From Syncephalis fuscata S228 (taxonomy: Eukaryota; Fungi; Zoopagomycota), in NCBI GenBank assembly GCA_025786725.1, contig JAHLTZ010000045.1, positions 87,724 to 151,723 of the forward strand: a stretch of 64,000 nt of DNA, in the 5' to 3' direction. The notes under the pieces were generated by a model, which ran no database searches, had not been told where the DNA came from, and saw only the letters and a list, made by a program, of their open reading frames with translations. Numbering within the stretch: position 1 is the stretch's first letter; each line of letters begins with the position of its first letter. Shown here piece after piece: positions 37,921-51,183 of this stretch. Both the position numbers and the translations under genes were made by a program.

Positions 37921-40900
37921 TCACTGATGATTGGCGTTATTTAGCGATGCCATTCGTTGATGCTGATTCATAATAGAACGTAAAAGACCCTATTAAATAA
38001 CAATAGGTTAATATTAAGTAATGGAAATAATAAAGGTGACTAAATAGTATATAATTTATACTCTAGATCACTTTTAATAACTTGCCTGTGACAATTCATC
38101 AATGCCCTGAGGTGAATCAAATCGCTTTGGATGTCTTTTATGATAATCAATGACAGTTTTTACAATTGTATTCATTAAATCAGGAGTAAGTGTTGGATAG
38201 ATAGATTTGGAGACTATAATAACAATAATGTTAATAATAATAGTAACAATGTTAATTAATAGTTAATTAATAACTAAATAGCCATTATTACTATTACATT
38301 AATTACTTACCTAAAGATACTCCTTGTCGACGTAAAATCGGATCAGCTAATAATTGCGGTATAGTAGCACGTTCCTTAGGATTACGAATAAGACACGATT
38401 TCAATACACGGATCAATTCAGGATCAACTGGAATGGTTCTTGACCTGGAACTGGTGATGTAGCCTTGGGTGGATAATTAATGACATAGTTTGGATTCTGG
38501 ATACATTGTAGCTTTTGCATTATGTTTAAGTGGGAAAATGGCGTATAGCCATAGACCATTTGATAAAGAATACAGCCCAGTGACCAGACATCACTTGCCC
38601 GACCAAGCTAAATTAAAAGCAACATAATAATATTACCATTATTAGCAGTACTATTGCTAGATAAACAAATACTCAATAGCCTACCTTCATTAATTGCTGA
38701 TGAGGCTGTCCCGGTCTAACCGAAGTATTTGTATCTTGGAATGCCTCTGGTGACATATAATTAAGTGTACCGATCTAGATAAACAAATTCAATTAGCGGT
38801 TATTTTATTAAATGATACCATTGATGTGCAAATATACATAATGTATTAATTGTACTTACATGTTGATCGCGATGAATATTCGTTGTGTCATTACCAATCG
38901 CTTTAGCAATACCAAAATCAATCAATTTCAGTGTTCCGCCTACTAAAAGAAAATTGGCCGGTTTTAAATCGCTATGTACAATTTTCTCTTCATGAATAGT
39001 CTCAACTGCTTGTAGCATCTAATATACAATAGTTAATATTTATATTATGCTTTACTACAGTGCTTTATCTACCTGTTCCCAGTATAAAAGAATGAAATTC
39101 ATACTAATGGGCTTGTCATGTTGCTTCTTTAATATCCCATCAAGATCGATATCACCACATTCCATTAGCTATATTATCCATATTATAGTAATTAATATTA
39201 TACAGTTCATATTATATCATCGTGCAATACTTGCCATCATAATCACTTTACGTTCCGTATCATATTCCCAATCGGCCAATTTAATAATATATTCTTGATT
39301 GGCCAGACGTTTCAGTAGATTAATTTCATTTAAATAGCCTTCAATTGTGGCCTGATCAGCCTTACGAAGTGTAACGCGTTTCAGTGCAAATATACGATTA
39401 TTGGGTGCCATTACTTTAAACACCTTGCTACTACCACCTTTACCGATAACACTAATACGAGAGAATGTTCGTGTATTAATCTAATTGATAGATATATTAG
39501 TATTATGTTTATTAAATAGCTTATTAGATAGTACTTACTGTAAATGTTGAGTTATTTGAAGCAACAGCAGCAGTAGTAGCAGCATTGGCAGCAGTATTGG
39601 CGGCAGTATTGGTAATGGTAGGATTGGTAATATTTGCAGTTCCATTAGTTACATTTGCATTCAAATTAGCTTTTGTTGTATTAGATGCTATTACTAATGG
39701 CATAGGTGTATTATTATTATTATTATTGCTAACTGGAACATTAGCATCAGTGGCTGGCGTCTATTATATATCAATATCGTCAATATTATTAATTTAATAG
39801 CTATAATAAATATTGTACTAACCTTTGTTGCTATAGGTGTCTCCAATACTGTGTGTAATTTAACTGGATCAGGTTCAGTCACAGGTACTAAATTGCTTTT
39901 TGGTTTTACTAAAGCATCAGCCATTGGATTGGTTGGGTAGTTTGTTTTTGACTGGTTTAGAATAAATGGGTTTTCTACTAAAGGATTTAGTGGATGGTTT
40001 ACTTCATGTTGTTGTTGTTGTTCATGGTGATTTAATTGACGTGAGTGTAATACTGGTTGTTTATCAGTAGAAGATCGACGAGAAAGTTCATGTGATATGG
40101 TTGAATTCAATGGCTGTTCTACAATATCTGTTGTTGGTGATATCGCCTTTGGTTTCATTGTAGATTGAGCTTCAAATGTTACTGATTCAGTACTTTTACC
40201 AGAAGATGGTGGCATTTGATAAGAAGTGGTTATAGGATGGGTTGACTGAATAGCATCGGATATTTCACGAAAGCTTTGTGATAATCTAGTATTTGGACGA
40301 TTATTTAATATATCTTCATTTGATTTAACTGATGCGTGATTCATTGTACCAAATGAATAAATATCAGGTTTTGATGAATTTACCGATTCTAATTAATAAT
40401 AAGTAAATACTAACGTATGTTGTATAGCTAATACCTACGTTCTACGTGTAAAGATGCTGTATGTGATTCATCATATAATTGAGATGCTAAATAGAAATTA
40501 AATATATGTAATATGTTATACATTATATATTAACGCATTAATACTATTCTACCTACCATTACTTATTCTCTTATTAGAATCTGTTACAAATGACGATGAT
40601 GGTAATTCATCCTCTTCTTCTTCATATTCATCCTTTCTCTCCTGTCTTAATGATCGAGCTGGTGGTCCCAATTTTACAGGTCGACGTGGAACTGTAGTGA
40701 TATGTCGTTTGGTAATTCGTGATGAAGATGCAAATCTATAATTTAATTGGTGATTGTTATTATAATAAATAAATTGTGCTAATTTAATTTAACTTACGTT
40801 GAAAGAATTGGACTAGTTAATCTTACCGCGGGTGTACTTGGTTGTTTCTCAGTTAATAGACTAGCTGATTTATCCTAATTATAATTTTATTATTCTATTA

Positions 40901-41331
40901 AATTATTATAGTTGATTTTGTTAAATAGAATTACCTTTTCATAATCATCCACCGGCGATGAAAAGAGCGCTGATCCACCAGAGTTGGCCGCTACATCACT
41001 ATGCTGTTCTGGATCAGATGTAATACTCAGTTTATGATCCATATTCTACTATTGATACTGCCATTGGCAAATAAACGACCCTGTAGCGGTTTAGGTAATG
41101 GCGAGTCCATGCCAGGTGAAGACGGCTCTATTCCGTAACGAGCAAAGAAGTCGCTGTCTAACATCGGTGGTACAGCATCTCCATCCGCATTTGAATCGAG
41201 TTTACCACCACTACTTACAGACAACGGTAACTGGCGTGGCGGTGTTGTTACCTTTGACTATATATATATATATATATATATATACTAATAAGTGATGCGA
41301 AGTACACAAAAGAATGACTTACATTATTCAT
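37921..41331 (-). CDS. MPS1: Mps1/TTK spindle checkpoint kinase, multi-exon
   Basis: [74 protein letters not shown]. The start exon is inferred. Confidence 0.93.
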
Positions 41332-41690
41332 TTTATATGTATATATTTACGACTAGACGGCAACAAAAAACAGTACACCAAGGTATGGTTTAGACAATAA
41401 TTACCGTCCAGTTCAACACGATCTGTAACAGACACAAGAATCAAGACGGACCTTGCCTTGTCGATAGCCCGTTAAGATGATACTAGGAGAGGTTGTTAGG
41501 AATCTGGCGGTGTTGTGTTTTGTGTGTGTGTGTACGTGTATACATGTTATGATGAGGAGAAGAGACTCATTAATATGACCAAGACCAAGAATAATGTCAA
41601 GATAATCACGTGATTTCTATGGTAATTAAGAAAAAAAGAAAAAAGTATTTTTTTCTTTACTCCTTATTCACCGTTGATATTATTATTATT

Positions 41691-42881
41691 ATGGCTCGTA
41701 AATCTCAAGGACCACCTGCTGCGTATAGGCAGAAGAAGACAAATAAGCCAAAGAAGGATGAGGAAAAGGCGATTGTAACCTCGGTTGAAGCTGAAGAGCT
41801 TGACTATTTGACTATGAATGCCGATGATAGCGATAACGGCTCTGACAATCTTGATGAAGCGCTACAGGATGCTATTGAATCAGATGACGGCGAGGATAGC
41901 TCAGATGCTGGTGAAGATGAAGATGTATCAGCAGATGAAGGTGATAGCGATGAAGATGGCGAGGAAGAAGTATCAGGCGATGATGCATTTGCCAAGAATA
42001 CATCGGTTGTAGCATTGGATCCAGCACAGCAAGAAGAGATTAATGCACGCTTACAAAAGGTTAAAGCAAGAGTAAGTATGGATATAGGCACTATAGAAAT
42101 ATATAGCTTATATGAAGTGTATAATAGAAGCAAGGTCAGGAAGTTAAAAGCCTACCTGGTGTTGTTTATGTGGGACGTATTCCACATGGTTTCTACGAAG
42201 AGGAAATGCGGGGATATTTTGGTCAATTTGGCACTGTATCACGTTTAAGATTATCACGTAACAAAAAGGTTAGCAATTAGACAGTTACATAAGTAATATT
42301 TATCATCTTTATATTAATAACACTTTTAATAGACTGGCCAATCAAAACATTACGCTTTTATTGAATTTATTGATGCTGATGTTGCCGAGGTTGTTGCCGA
42401 TACAATGAATAATTATCTATTATTTGGACATTTGCTAAAATGTAATTAACAATAGCTAGTAGATTAAATAGTATATAGCACTAATATTATGTAAATAGGC
42501 AAAGTGGTACCGCAAGAAAAGATCCATCCACGCTTATTCGATGGAGCCAATCGTAAATTCAAACCAGTGCCACGACACAAGCTTGCTCGTGAAGAACACA
42601 ATCGAGTAAGTTATTAGAGATGATATTAATATTAATACATATCTAACATTGTTTAGACTCGTACGGCCGAGGAAGCTCAACGTAATGCAACAAGACTACT
42701 ACGCAAAGAGAACCAAAAACGCAAACGAATCCAAAATGCGGGCATTGAATATGATTTCCCTGGTTTTGTAAGTAGCTTGGTATTCAATAGATAGAAAGTA
42801 GTTACTAATAGCAGCAAAATAATGTTGTTGTATAATTAGGCTGCGACACAAAAATCGAAAACAACGCATACTCGTTCTTAA
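41691..42881 (+). CDS. NOP15: Nop15/NIFK RRM ribosome biogenesis protein, multi-exon
   Basis: [69 protein letters not shown]. Confidence 0.93.
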
Positions 42882-42941
42882 ATCGGCGATTGATGCCAAA
42901 CAGATCATGATTAGTAAAGATAATATTCAACGTTTATTGAT

Positions 42942-44683
42942 TTATAGTTTGATTGGAGAACGTTTTAATAAATGGGCTAGACGTAATACAATCGTTAAGA
43001 GAACGAGTGAGCCTGCTTGATGCGATGCAGCAATTGGAATAGGTACTGAGTAGAGCAGTGTTGTAATACCTAATGAGACTTGCGCAAGTGCAGCAATAAG
43101 CATGCCATGTACAGTTAACATAGCAGGTCTAGACAATGGTAGTCTACGAGCATATGCCCATAATGCTACAGCAGCAGTAACCGTTGTTGTTCCCTAATAA
43201 TAAATTAATAACAATAGATTAATAACAATGTACTAGATTAATAGCTACTTACAAGTACACGATGATCAAATTGTACGGTAGTTGGATTCTCAAATATGTT
43301 TCTCCATCGAGTTGTGTCGCCTGGCTTCATAAACATTTCAGACCAAATATCGTGCTCTGGAGGAATCCAACGACTGCCCATCTTTGGGAATGTATCATAA
43401 AGTAGACCGGCATCAAGACCAGCTACAAAAGCACCTAATAATAATAATAAATAGATAAATAAATATATGATTAGATTGAATACTAATAAATATTAATTAA
43501 CTTACCTGACATGGCAGTTAAAAAGATAAGCGCTGATAGAGCTATAGAACCAACACGCACTGATTTAATAGCTGGATGGGCTAATTGCTGTTTATACCAA
43601 TGTATTAATATACTATTATATATTATAGGATAGATTGCTTACTCGCTGTATAGCTTCAGTAGTTGGACGCGCCTTTGATAGCACATCCCAACCAGTGGCA
43701 AGCATACCAATGTAGATTAGAAAGGCTGAGCCTAAATGAGCCGACAACCTATACTGACTAACTCGCGGTATCGTATTACTTTTAATAATCTCATCATCCA
43801 ATCCACTCTTCACCATATACCAACCAAGTGCACCCTATACAGCCATTAGCACACCACTACATTAACAGACATAAGTGTAACCTACTTGGAATCCAATAAG
43901 TGCACTGATGCCTAATACTCGCTTGCCAAGTGTACGCGGCAACCAACCACGTCGCCAAAAGTAAAGGGCTGGCAAAACAAAAGTAATGCCAATAACACGG
44001 CCCCATAAACGATGCCCCCATTCCATGTAGAATATACGTTTAAACTCTTCCAATGTCATACGATGATTAAGACTATAGTTAAATTAATAATTAATTAGTT
44101 AGCCAACATTATTACTAATAGTCACATTGTTACTAATATACATTTTATATTCTGGATATTGTTTGTACTTTTCAAATTCCTCCTCCCATGCTTGTTGACC
44201 AATAGGTGGCCATACACCTTTTAGTACATTCCATTCGACGATGGATAGACCACTCTCGGTTAGACGAGTTAGACCGCCCAATACAACAATGCCAAATACT
44301 AGAGCACCTGAACCAATAAGCCAATAGCCTACCAGAGGTGGTGTCTCTGTTTTTGTCTCTTTTTTAGTATCGTTAATAGCTTCCTTTAATGTTGTTTCTT
44401 TAATACTACTAGTATTGCTAGTGGTAAGAAGACGACGTGACGATAGCATTCGTGTTACTGGTCGCGCTATTGCCGAGTGATTTGCTAATAAAGAACGCGT
44501 CGATGCAAAGCTATGACAACCATGCTTTGTAGCGTCCTTACTACTATTGCTATAGCTATTGGTTTGAGACCAATGACGATAGGCTGTAGTCATAATAGTA
44601 CGACGTGTATATAATGTCGCTGTAAGGGGTAACCGACCTAATGGCGGTCGACTAGACCGTAATAAATTTAATAGTATCGTCAT
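42942..44683 (-). CDS. COX15: Heme A synthase, multi-exon
   Basis: [67 protein letters not shown]. Confidence 0.97.
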
Positions 44684-44929
44684 GGTGCAATTTAGTCAAG
44701 TAAAAGGTAACAACACAGTGTAAACAAGTGTTATAAAACAAAAAAAGAAAATATAGACTTATAGTTAGTAGTATTTAATAGTAATAACTTTAATGCCGAT
44801 GTGCCTCGGTAAATATCGGAATCATCACCCAAAGAGATTTATATATAAACACGGGTAATCAACAATACAAAGAATAAAATAATGATATGAATGGTTTAGC
44901 CGTTAAAAAGCATGTGCAAAGTAGTAAAA

Positions 44930-47589
44930 TTACTCTGCTCGTAAACGCTTTGCGGTTGGTGCCTCAGTGGTAGGCGTTAACTCGCTTGCTGTTCGTACTG
45001 TGGCATGTAGTAATGAAGTGGCAGTGGTGTTAGTATTAGAAGTGGCGGTAGATGTTAATGAAGAGGACGGCGTCATCATAGATGGTGCATATGCCGTTGA
45101 GGTAGCCGGTGGTTTACGACTTGTATCCATCTCATCCATATCCTGTCCGTTATCACTACCGGTAATACTGTTGGCTAGTGGCGTACGTGATCGAGTGGGT
45201 AATCGATTGATACTAATGCTATTCATTATATCGAGATCGTCGGTGCTCACAGAGTCACTTTGCTTTAATGGAGATGGATGGTGGACCATACCGCCATTAT
45301 TACTTGATCCGCTATTGTTGCCACTACTGCTACTACCAGCCATGTTATTGCCGCCACTTGGACCACGCGTCATTGGAGCAGGCCAATTAAATGAACCACC
45401 TGTACCTGACTTGGGTGTCGGCGTATTAAAGGACGGAAAGGGCGATGGTACGTCATTGCCTTGTTGATATATTTCACGGTAAAAGGCCGATGGCGATGGT
45501 AAATCACGAGCAAATTTAGAAGGAAGTGCCGAGTTAATATTGCTATCCTGTGCTGTATTGGATGAACGACCACCCATTGATGTGCCAGATATTGAAGATA
45601 TAAGTGGCATTGAAGGGCCATCTTCAAGTGTTGTTGCACCAGCTGTATTGGCCATTGTATTCATGGCATCTGTCTTTTTATGAGCATCGTTCTCAAATGC
45701 TTCATAGAGTGTACATTGTAGTGGATCCATTTTGGCTGGATCTTCAGTAGATTCACGACTGCTTGTCATATCATTAACGTTGTTGGGCCCGGTAATTTCT
45801 GGTGCTTCCGAACCGGCGGTGGCTACACCGGTTGCCATGGCACTTGAACGCATATCTTTGCCCATAGTGGTATTGGTAAGGTCTGTTGAGCGAGAAAGAC
45901 CTGATAAACGACGTGACATTGAGGCATGTCGGGCACGGCCACCGTGACTGTTATTGTTACCGCCTTGCATTTCTACATCGGCATTATCTTCAAAAGATTC
46001 ATTAGAGGGTGAGTAGTCAAATTGCATATTGTTAGCATTGGTGCCACCGGCTAAATGAGAACCGGAATTGGGTCGTTCTGGAATATGGACACTCAAACCG
46101 GCCGGCTTTTTAAGTATATGTGGACTGCGATGACCAGTAGGTGGTAATTCACCCAGCTTTTTGGCAAATGTCGGTAATGGTGTGCTTGTATCGGCATTGG
46201 CCGCAGCTACATTAATGTTCAATGAGCGACTTATTTTACCCGCTGCATTGGCATTCTCTTGTAGATCAGGAAGTGCCGCTGCCGCTGCTGCTACCATTGC
46301 TTCTGCGGTGGTAGTCGAGGTGGTTGCCATTGTGTTATCGTTGTTAATGACCGATGCACCTGTATTTGATGTCATGGCCGTAAATTGTAACTGTTCCTCT
46401 TCATCTTCTTGCATCGGCTTAATCGGCATAGGCGGAGACAGTGATTGGGACAGTAGAGTCAGTGGATGTGTTTCTTTCATTGGCTCATACGATGGGATCG
46501 CCGTATTATGCGTCTGAGTTGTGACCAGTTGAGGTAGCGAGTCAGCTGTGGTATATGGCATATTCTGTGCCGATGGATAGATAGGCTGTGAATTCTGTGT
46601 AGCCGGGTGAGTAGGGTAGACAGTCATATAGCTGTAGGAATTTGGAGCCATGGTGGCAGTAATTGAAGTGCCACCTGGTGATGCAACATAGGTGGTGCCT
46701 TGTAATGGCTGCATGTTCAATGGTGGCTGTGACTAAGGATATTAGGTAAATATAAATCAATTGAGTGTTATTAGTGGCATTTCATAATAGCTTACCTGTA
46801 CCATATAATTCTGCACCTGTTGCATTGAAGCAGCCTGTGGATAGACGTGCGAGTAGCCATTTGACAGTGCTACAGGCATGGGGCCTGACTGTGTCTCTGT
46901 CTTTATTGGTCCTGAATACATTGTTGCATCATTTTGGTTATAGTCCGACATATTGCCTGGCGCAGCATCGTTGCTTGTAAAACTAGGACCCGACTGGAGC
47001 GATACTGAGTCAGACTATTGTTAAATGGGTAGTAAAGTTAATTAATTGATCAATATAATTCGAATAATAATTAACTTACTCGAGATTTTGTTACAATGGC
47101 ATCTGGAAACCCATGTCGATTTGGATCACAATCTTCATTAATAAACTATAATGATTTAATATTTAATGTTTAGTGTTTAATATCTAATATATTTGTAATC
47201 CACTAATTATATACTTACATCTTCATTGGTACGACTTTCTGATGGTTCGCCATACTATATTCATTCAATATTGCTATATTAGTATATTTAATATTATCAT
47301 AGTTATAAATGCATTTACATTTGTATATCTTAATAAGATATGGTCCATATCACCGCTTGAATACTGAACCAGTTTATCTTGTGTATTAAAAATAATCAAG
47401 CCAATTTCACAGCTACATAGAACGCTTAACTCGTAAGCCTTTTTCATCAAACCATATTTGCGTTTCAGGAATGTAACCTAGTTGGCAATGACGTCAATAA
47501 CTGTGTACGCCATTAATAAGCTATGCGATAGTTACCTGACGGTTTCTATCGTCGGCAATGGGCGTAATCTTAATCTTGCGTCTTCCCAT
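44930..47589 (-). CDS. MEF2/Rlm1-type MADS-box transcription factor, multi-exon
   Basis: [18 protein letters not shown]|[30 protein letters not shown]...LVQYSS; C-terminal [18 protein letters not shown] motif typical of fungal Rlm1. Confidence 0.92.
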
Positions 47590-49202
47590 GATGTAATACC
47601 TTCTTCAGAGTGCCGGGTCTTTTATCACTTAAACTAATACAGATCGGTAGTTGACCTGTAGTATGGACCACAGCAGATGAACTAATGTAGATGAAATAAA
47701 TGTCAACTAGAAAGAAAATGCACTACTGCTAGGTGAGATAGAATCAAGGTGGTATTGCTATTGCTGTGTTAGCGTTGTTAAAAGCGCGATATACCAAAGG
47801 CGTACGAATCAACGAGGCCGATGGTAAAAACAGAAGATGAGAAAATGCACTAACAGGCCGATTCAACTACCGGCTGGATGTCCGATAGACGTAGTATAAA
47901 CAATCGGATGTTATCAAATAGAAAGAGAGAGAGAAAAAAAGAACAGCAACGGTAGAGAAAGTGAAAGAGTGAGAGCAAGTGTAGTGCACACGGCCGTGGA
48001 ATATCACTTAGTACTTTGTCGCCCCACACGTTTATCAGCAACAACAATAGCCGAGTGGATAGGGCAATATAGTTGCTATTGGCCACACAGAAACCAAGTA
48101 ACAAGAAATAAAGTGAGAGAAAGCTTGTTGCTTGTTTGCTCACTGGTTGGTTAAAACACGCACGTCGGGGAAATGCAAGCTGGGGAAAACAATGAGTGAA
48201 TAGGCGGGAGTGTATGCAAAAAAGTGTAGCTAGTAAGTCAGCTACTACCACACAAACTAGAGCTATAGGTCATATAGAAGTGCAGTGAGTGGTAGAGCGA
48301 GTGAGTGAATAAGTAAGTGAAAGAGCGTAGAAACGCGCGTGCAAAGTAGTGGCAGCGTATAAAAAAAAGGAGAAAGCAGGAACGTCGCGTCTCCCTGATC
48401 CGTGACCAGTGCTATATATAGCTCGGTCTCCGTCTACACCTACTGGCAACAGCGTTGCCGAACATGGTTCAATTGCTTGTTTAGCATCCAATAACGCAGA
48501 TGTGAGATTGAGGGGCCGCTGTTTCGCATAGATAATTATTATTATTCTGCTATCACATGGCGGGCCAATGGGAGGTCATAGCAATGGTAACAATGGCTGC
48601 CTTGAATCGAGCGAGAGAGCTAGAACCTAGGTAAGAGGAGAGAGAGAGGTCAGGCATGCATTCACATCCATACCTATTGAAAAAGCAAGTAAAATCTACT
48701 AGTCTCATACCCATATAGAGTATTAGCAGTGATATAGAACGTGTATAGAACGTGTATAGAATGTGTGTATATTATACATTTTACTAATACACACTCATTT
48801 TATGGTGGCGATCACAGTAGGTGTGAATTTAATAAGTAAAATGTCGTAATTAACTACAGATCGGGTTTTAGAACGCTTGGATCTTGCCGCTCTCGTTCGT
48901 TGGATACAGGTCGGCGCATTGCCAAGAACGAGATGGACCGCGATAATACACTACAGCCTCGTTATGGCGGTGTTTGTGTCTAACGTCTCCGTTTCAATAT
49001 ATTGTTTATCTAGATTAATTAGGTATGACTCGTTAGCCTTACCATTTCGGTTTGTTGAAGGGCCAGTCTATTGCGAATAGGCAATGTGCGAAAATAGTTG
49101 ATCTAAAAATAGCGACTAGATTTATTGTGAATAAAAGCTAAAAATAGCAAAGAAAGTTGACACACAAATTAAACATAGATAAAAAACAAAAATTAATAAA
49201 AC

Positions 49203-50088
49203 CTAATGCTGTTCCTTGATGCCCGTCTCATCCATAGACGATCGTTTCAGGACTACTGTCGGTTTAGGCGAGGATGTATAGTGGTGATTACTTTTATAAT
49301 TTGACTTTGTAGCAGCGATTGGTGTAGGTGTGCCTGGCGGTGATGCTAGAGGAATACCGCGTACACCAAGCCCAACTGAAATGGACGAATGATGGTGAGT
49401 GGTGGCAGTGCTAGGTAGAAATGATCGTGATGGTGATGGTGATGGTGTACGACAAGGCGGTAGTGGTGGTGAACCAGCATCACGGCCTCGGTGGCGGTGT
49501 GGACTTGCTCGTCGTCGTTTCTCTTCAAGTTCACGAAGAGCAGCACCGGCCAATAACGCCATAGCGGCTGGACTTGCTGGTCGACTTGCCGCAGTACTCG
49601 TTATTCCCTTTCGATAGCCATAGCCATTGGTACTGCTGCTATCATGTAGATGGTGTCGTTCTAGTGCACGCAGTTCCCGCAATGCATCACGCGCACTTGT
49701 CCATGCGTAGTAGAAGCATCCGGCAAGTACACCAATAATACAAGTTATCAAAAGGATCCGTGCCGAGTCCCAAGGGAATCCAGAGATATCAAAAGCATTG
49801 GTGTCTGTAAAAAGGAGTAGATACAGATTGTAATTAGCATTATTAATCAATAATAGTAACAATAAATAAAATAAATGACAAACATAGTCTAATGGAGTAA
49901 TAGATAACTAGGCAAGGCATAGTAGCGTAGGCCTTGCAGTTCAGGCAGTGCAGCCGCAAAAAAGCTATTCAGATTCACTGCTTGCCTAATCTGTAGACCA
50001 GTGCACTTTCTTTATCTGTTGCCACCCTACATAGATACTTACCAGTGGTTGTAACAGTTGTTCTAGTGCCGGTATTTGGCCAGCCCAT
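49203..50088 (-). CDS. Hypothetical single-pass membrane protein with basic, Ser/Pro-rich cytoplasmic tail, 2 exons
   Basis: ATG at 50088, exon 1 MGWPNTGTRTTVTTT, GTAAGT...TACAG intron in frame with DTNAFDISGFPWDSARILLITCIIGVLAGCFYYAW. Confidence 0.6.
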
Positions 50089-50707
50089 AGCGTGCTAGAT
50101 CTTGAGGTGGTCTACACACTCGTATACTGCTTGCCGGCTGATGAATAAACGGCAACAGCAAGGTGTTTGGCACAAAGAAAACAAAAAAATAGGTAGCCTA
50201 CTATCAGAAATAAAAAGTACTTGTATGTATTCACAATTCAAGAAAGATAAGTCTGCAATAACAACTACAACTTAGATGTGAGGAAATGGAAGCAATGCGC
50301 AATAACAAAATGGATGGTTGATGGGAACAAATCGTTGCTGTTTTTGGTATTCACTGAGAGTGGCGATGGTAACGCACCCGCGGCAATAACGACGTCAATT
50401 CGCCGTATCTTTCTAGCTCGTGCAGAGAAAATAAAAAGGAGGATAAGAAAGGAGAATCAACACTTTGCTCTTAAGTGGAGGAGTACCACTAGTGATAAAC
50501 CATCCTTATACGAGGCCTCACTGAAACATGATGGCGGTATAGTTAGACTATGGCTCATGATTATCATATGAGTAATGGCGTATGAGTAATATCATTGTGT
50601 CAGCGGTGTAGCCATTCTGATTAAGAAAACAGATATTCGCTAGATCTTTGCCTTTTTCACTTCACTTTGACATCCCTCATAGTAATAGTCGTGACGATAT
50701 AGTAACT

Positions 50708-51029
50708 ATGGAGAATCCACATGAACAACAACAGAGTGCGCTAATTCGACGCGTCATTCATAATGTGGTATGCAGTACAAGTTATTGTTATTATATAATT
50801 TATTGATTTGGTGATTGTAGAAAAAGCTAAATGAGGTACTTGAAGAGTTGAACGATCGTATGAAGGTAGTGTTATTGGCCAATGGTTTAGTAGACTGGAC
50901 TTATGTTGTTATTAGGACGTCAACGAACACAATCAAGACATTGTTACGCTTTCAAAGATTTGGAGCAATTACAGCCGAAACGTTTTATTTAACCTTGAAA
51001 CAACCGATTCTTTGCAGGCACCCGTATGA
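50708..51029 (+). CDS. DAD4: DASH/Dam1 complex subunit Dad4, 3 exons
   Basis: MENPHEQQQSALIRRVIHNV|EKLNEVLEELN...|...IWSNYSRNVLFNLETT. Confidence 0.93.
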
Positions 51030-51183
51030 AGCGCACGTGTATGTGTGTGTCTGTGGCCAGTGAGCACTTAAAGGCCGTATAATATAGCTTGAAACTTCAT
51101 AGTACTACTTAAGATTATAGTCGATTATGTATTCTTTATTAATACAATCTTAAATGGTGTTTATTAATGTGTGGCAAAGGAAA

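Noticed and set aside
47850-49080. Short ORFs upstream of the MADS-box gene
   Set aside because: Low-complexity, purine/pyrimidine-skewed sequence typical of a long 5' UTR and promoter.
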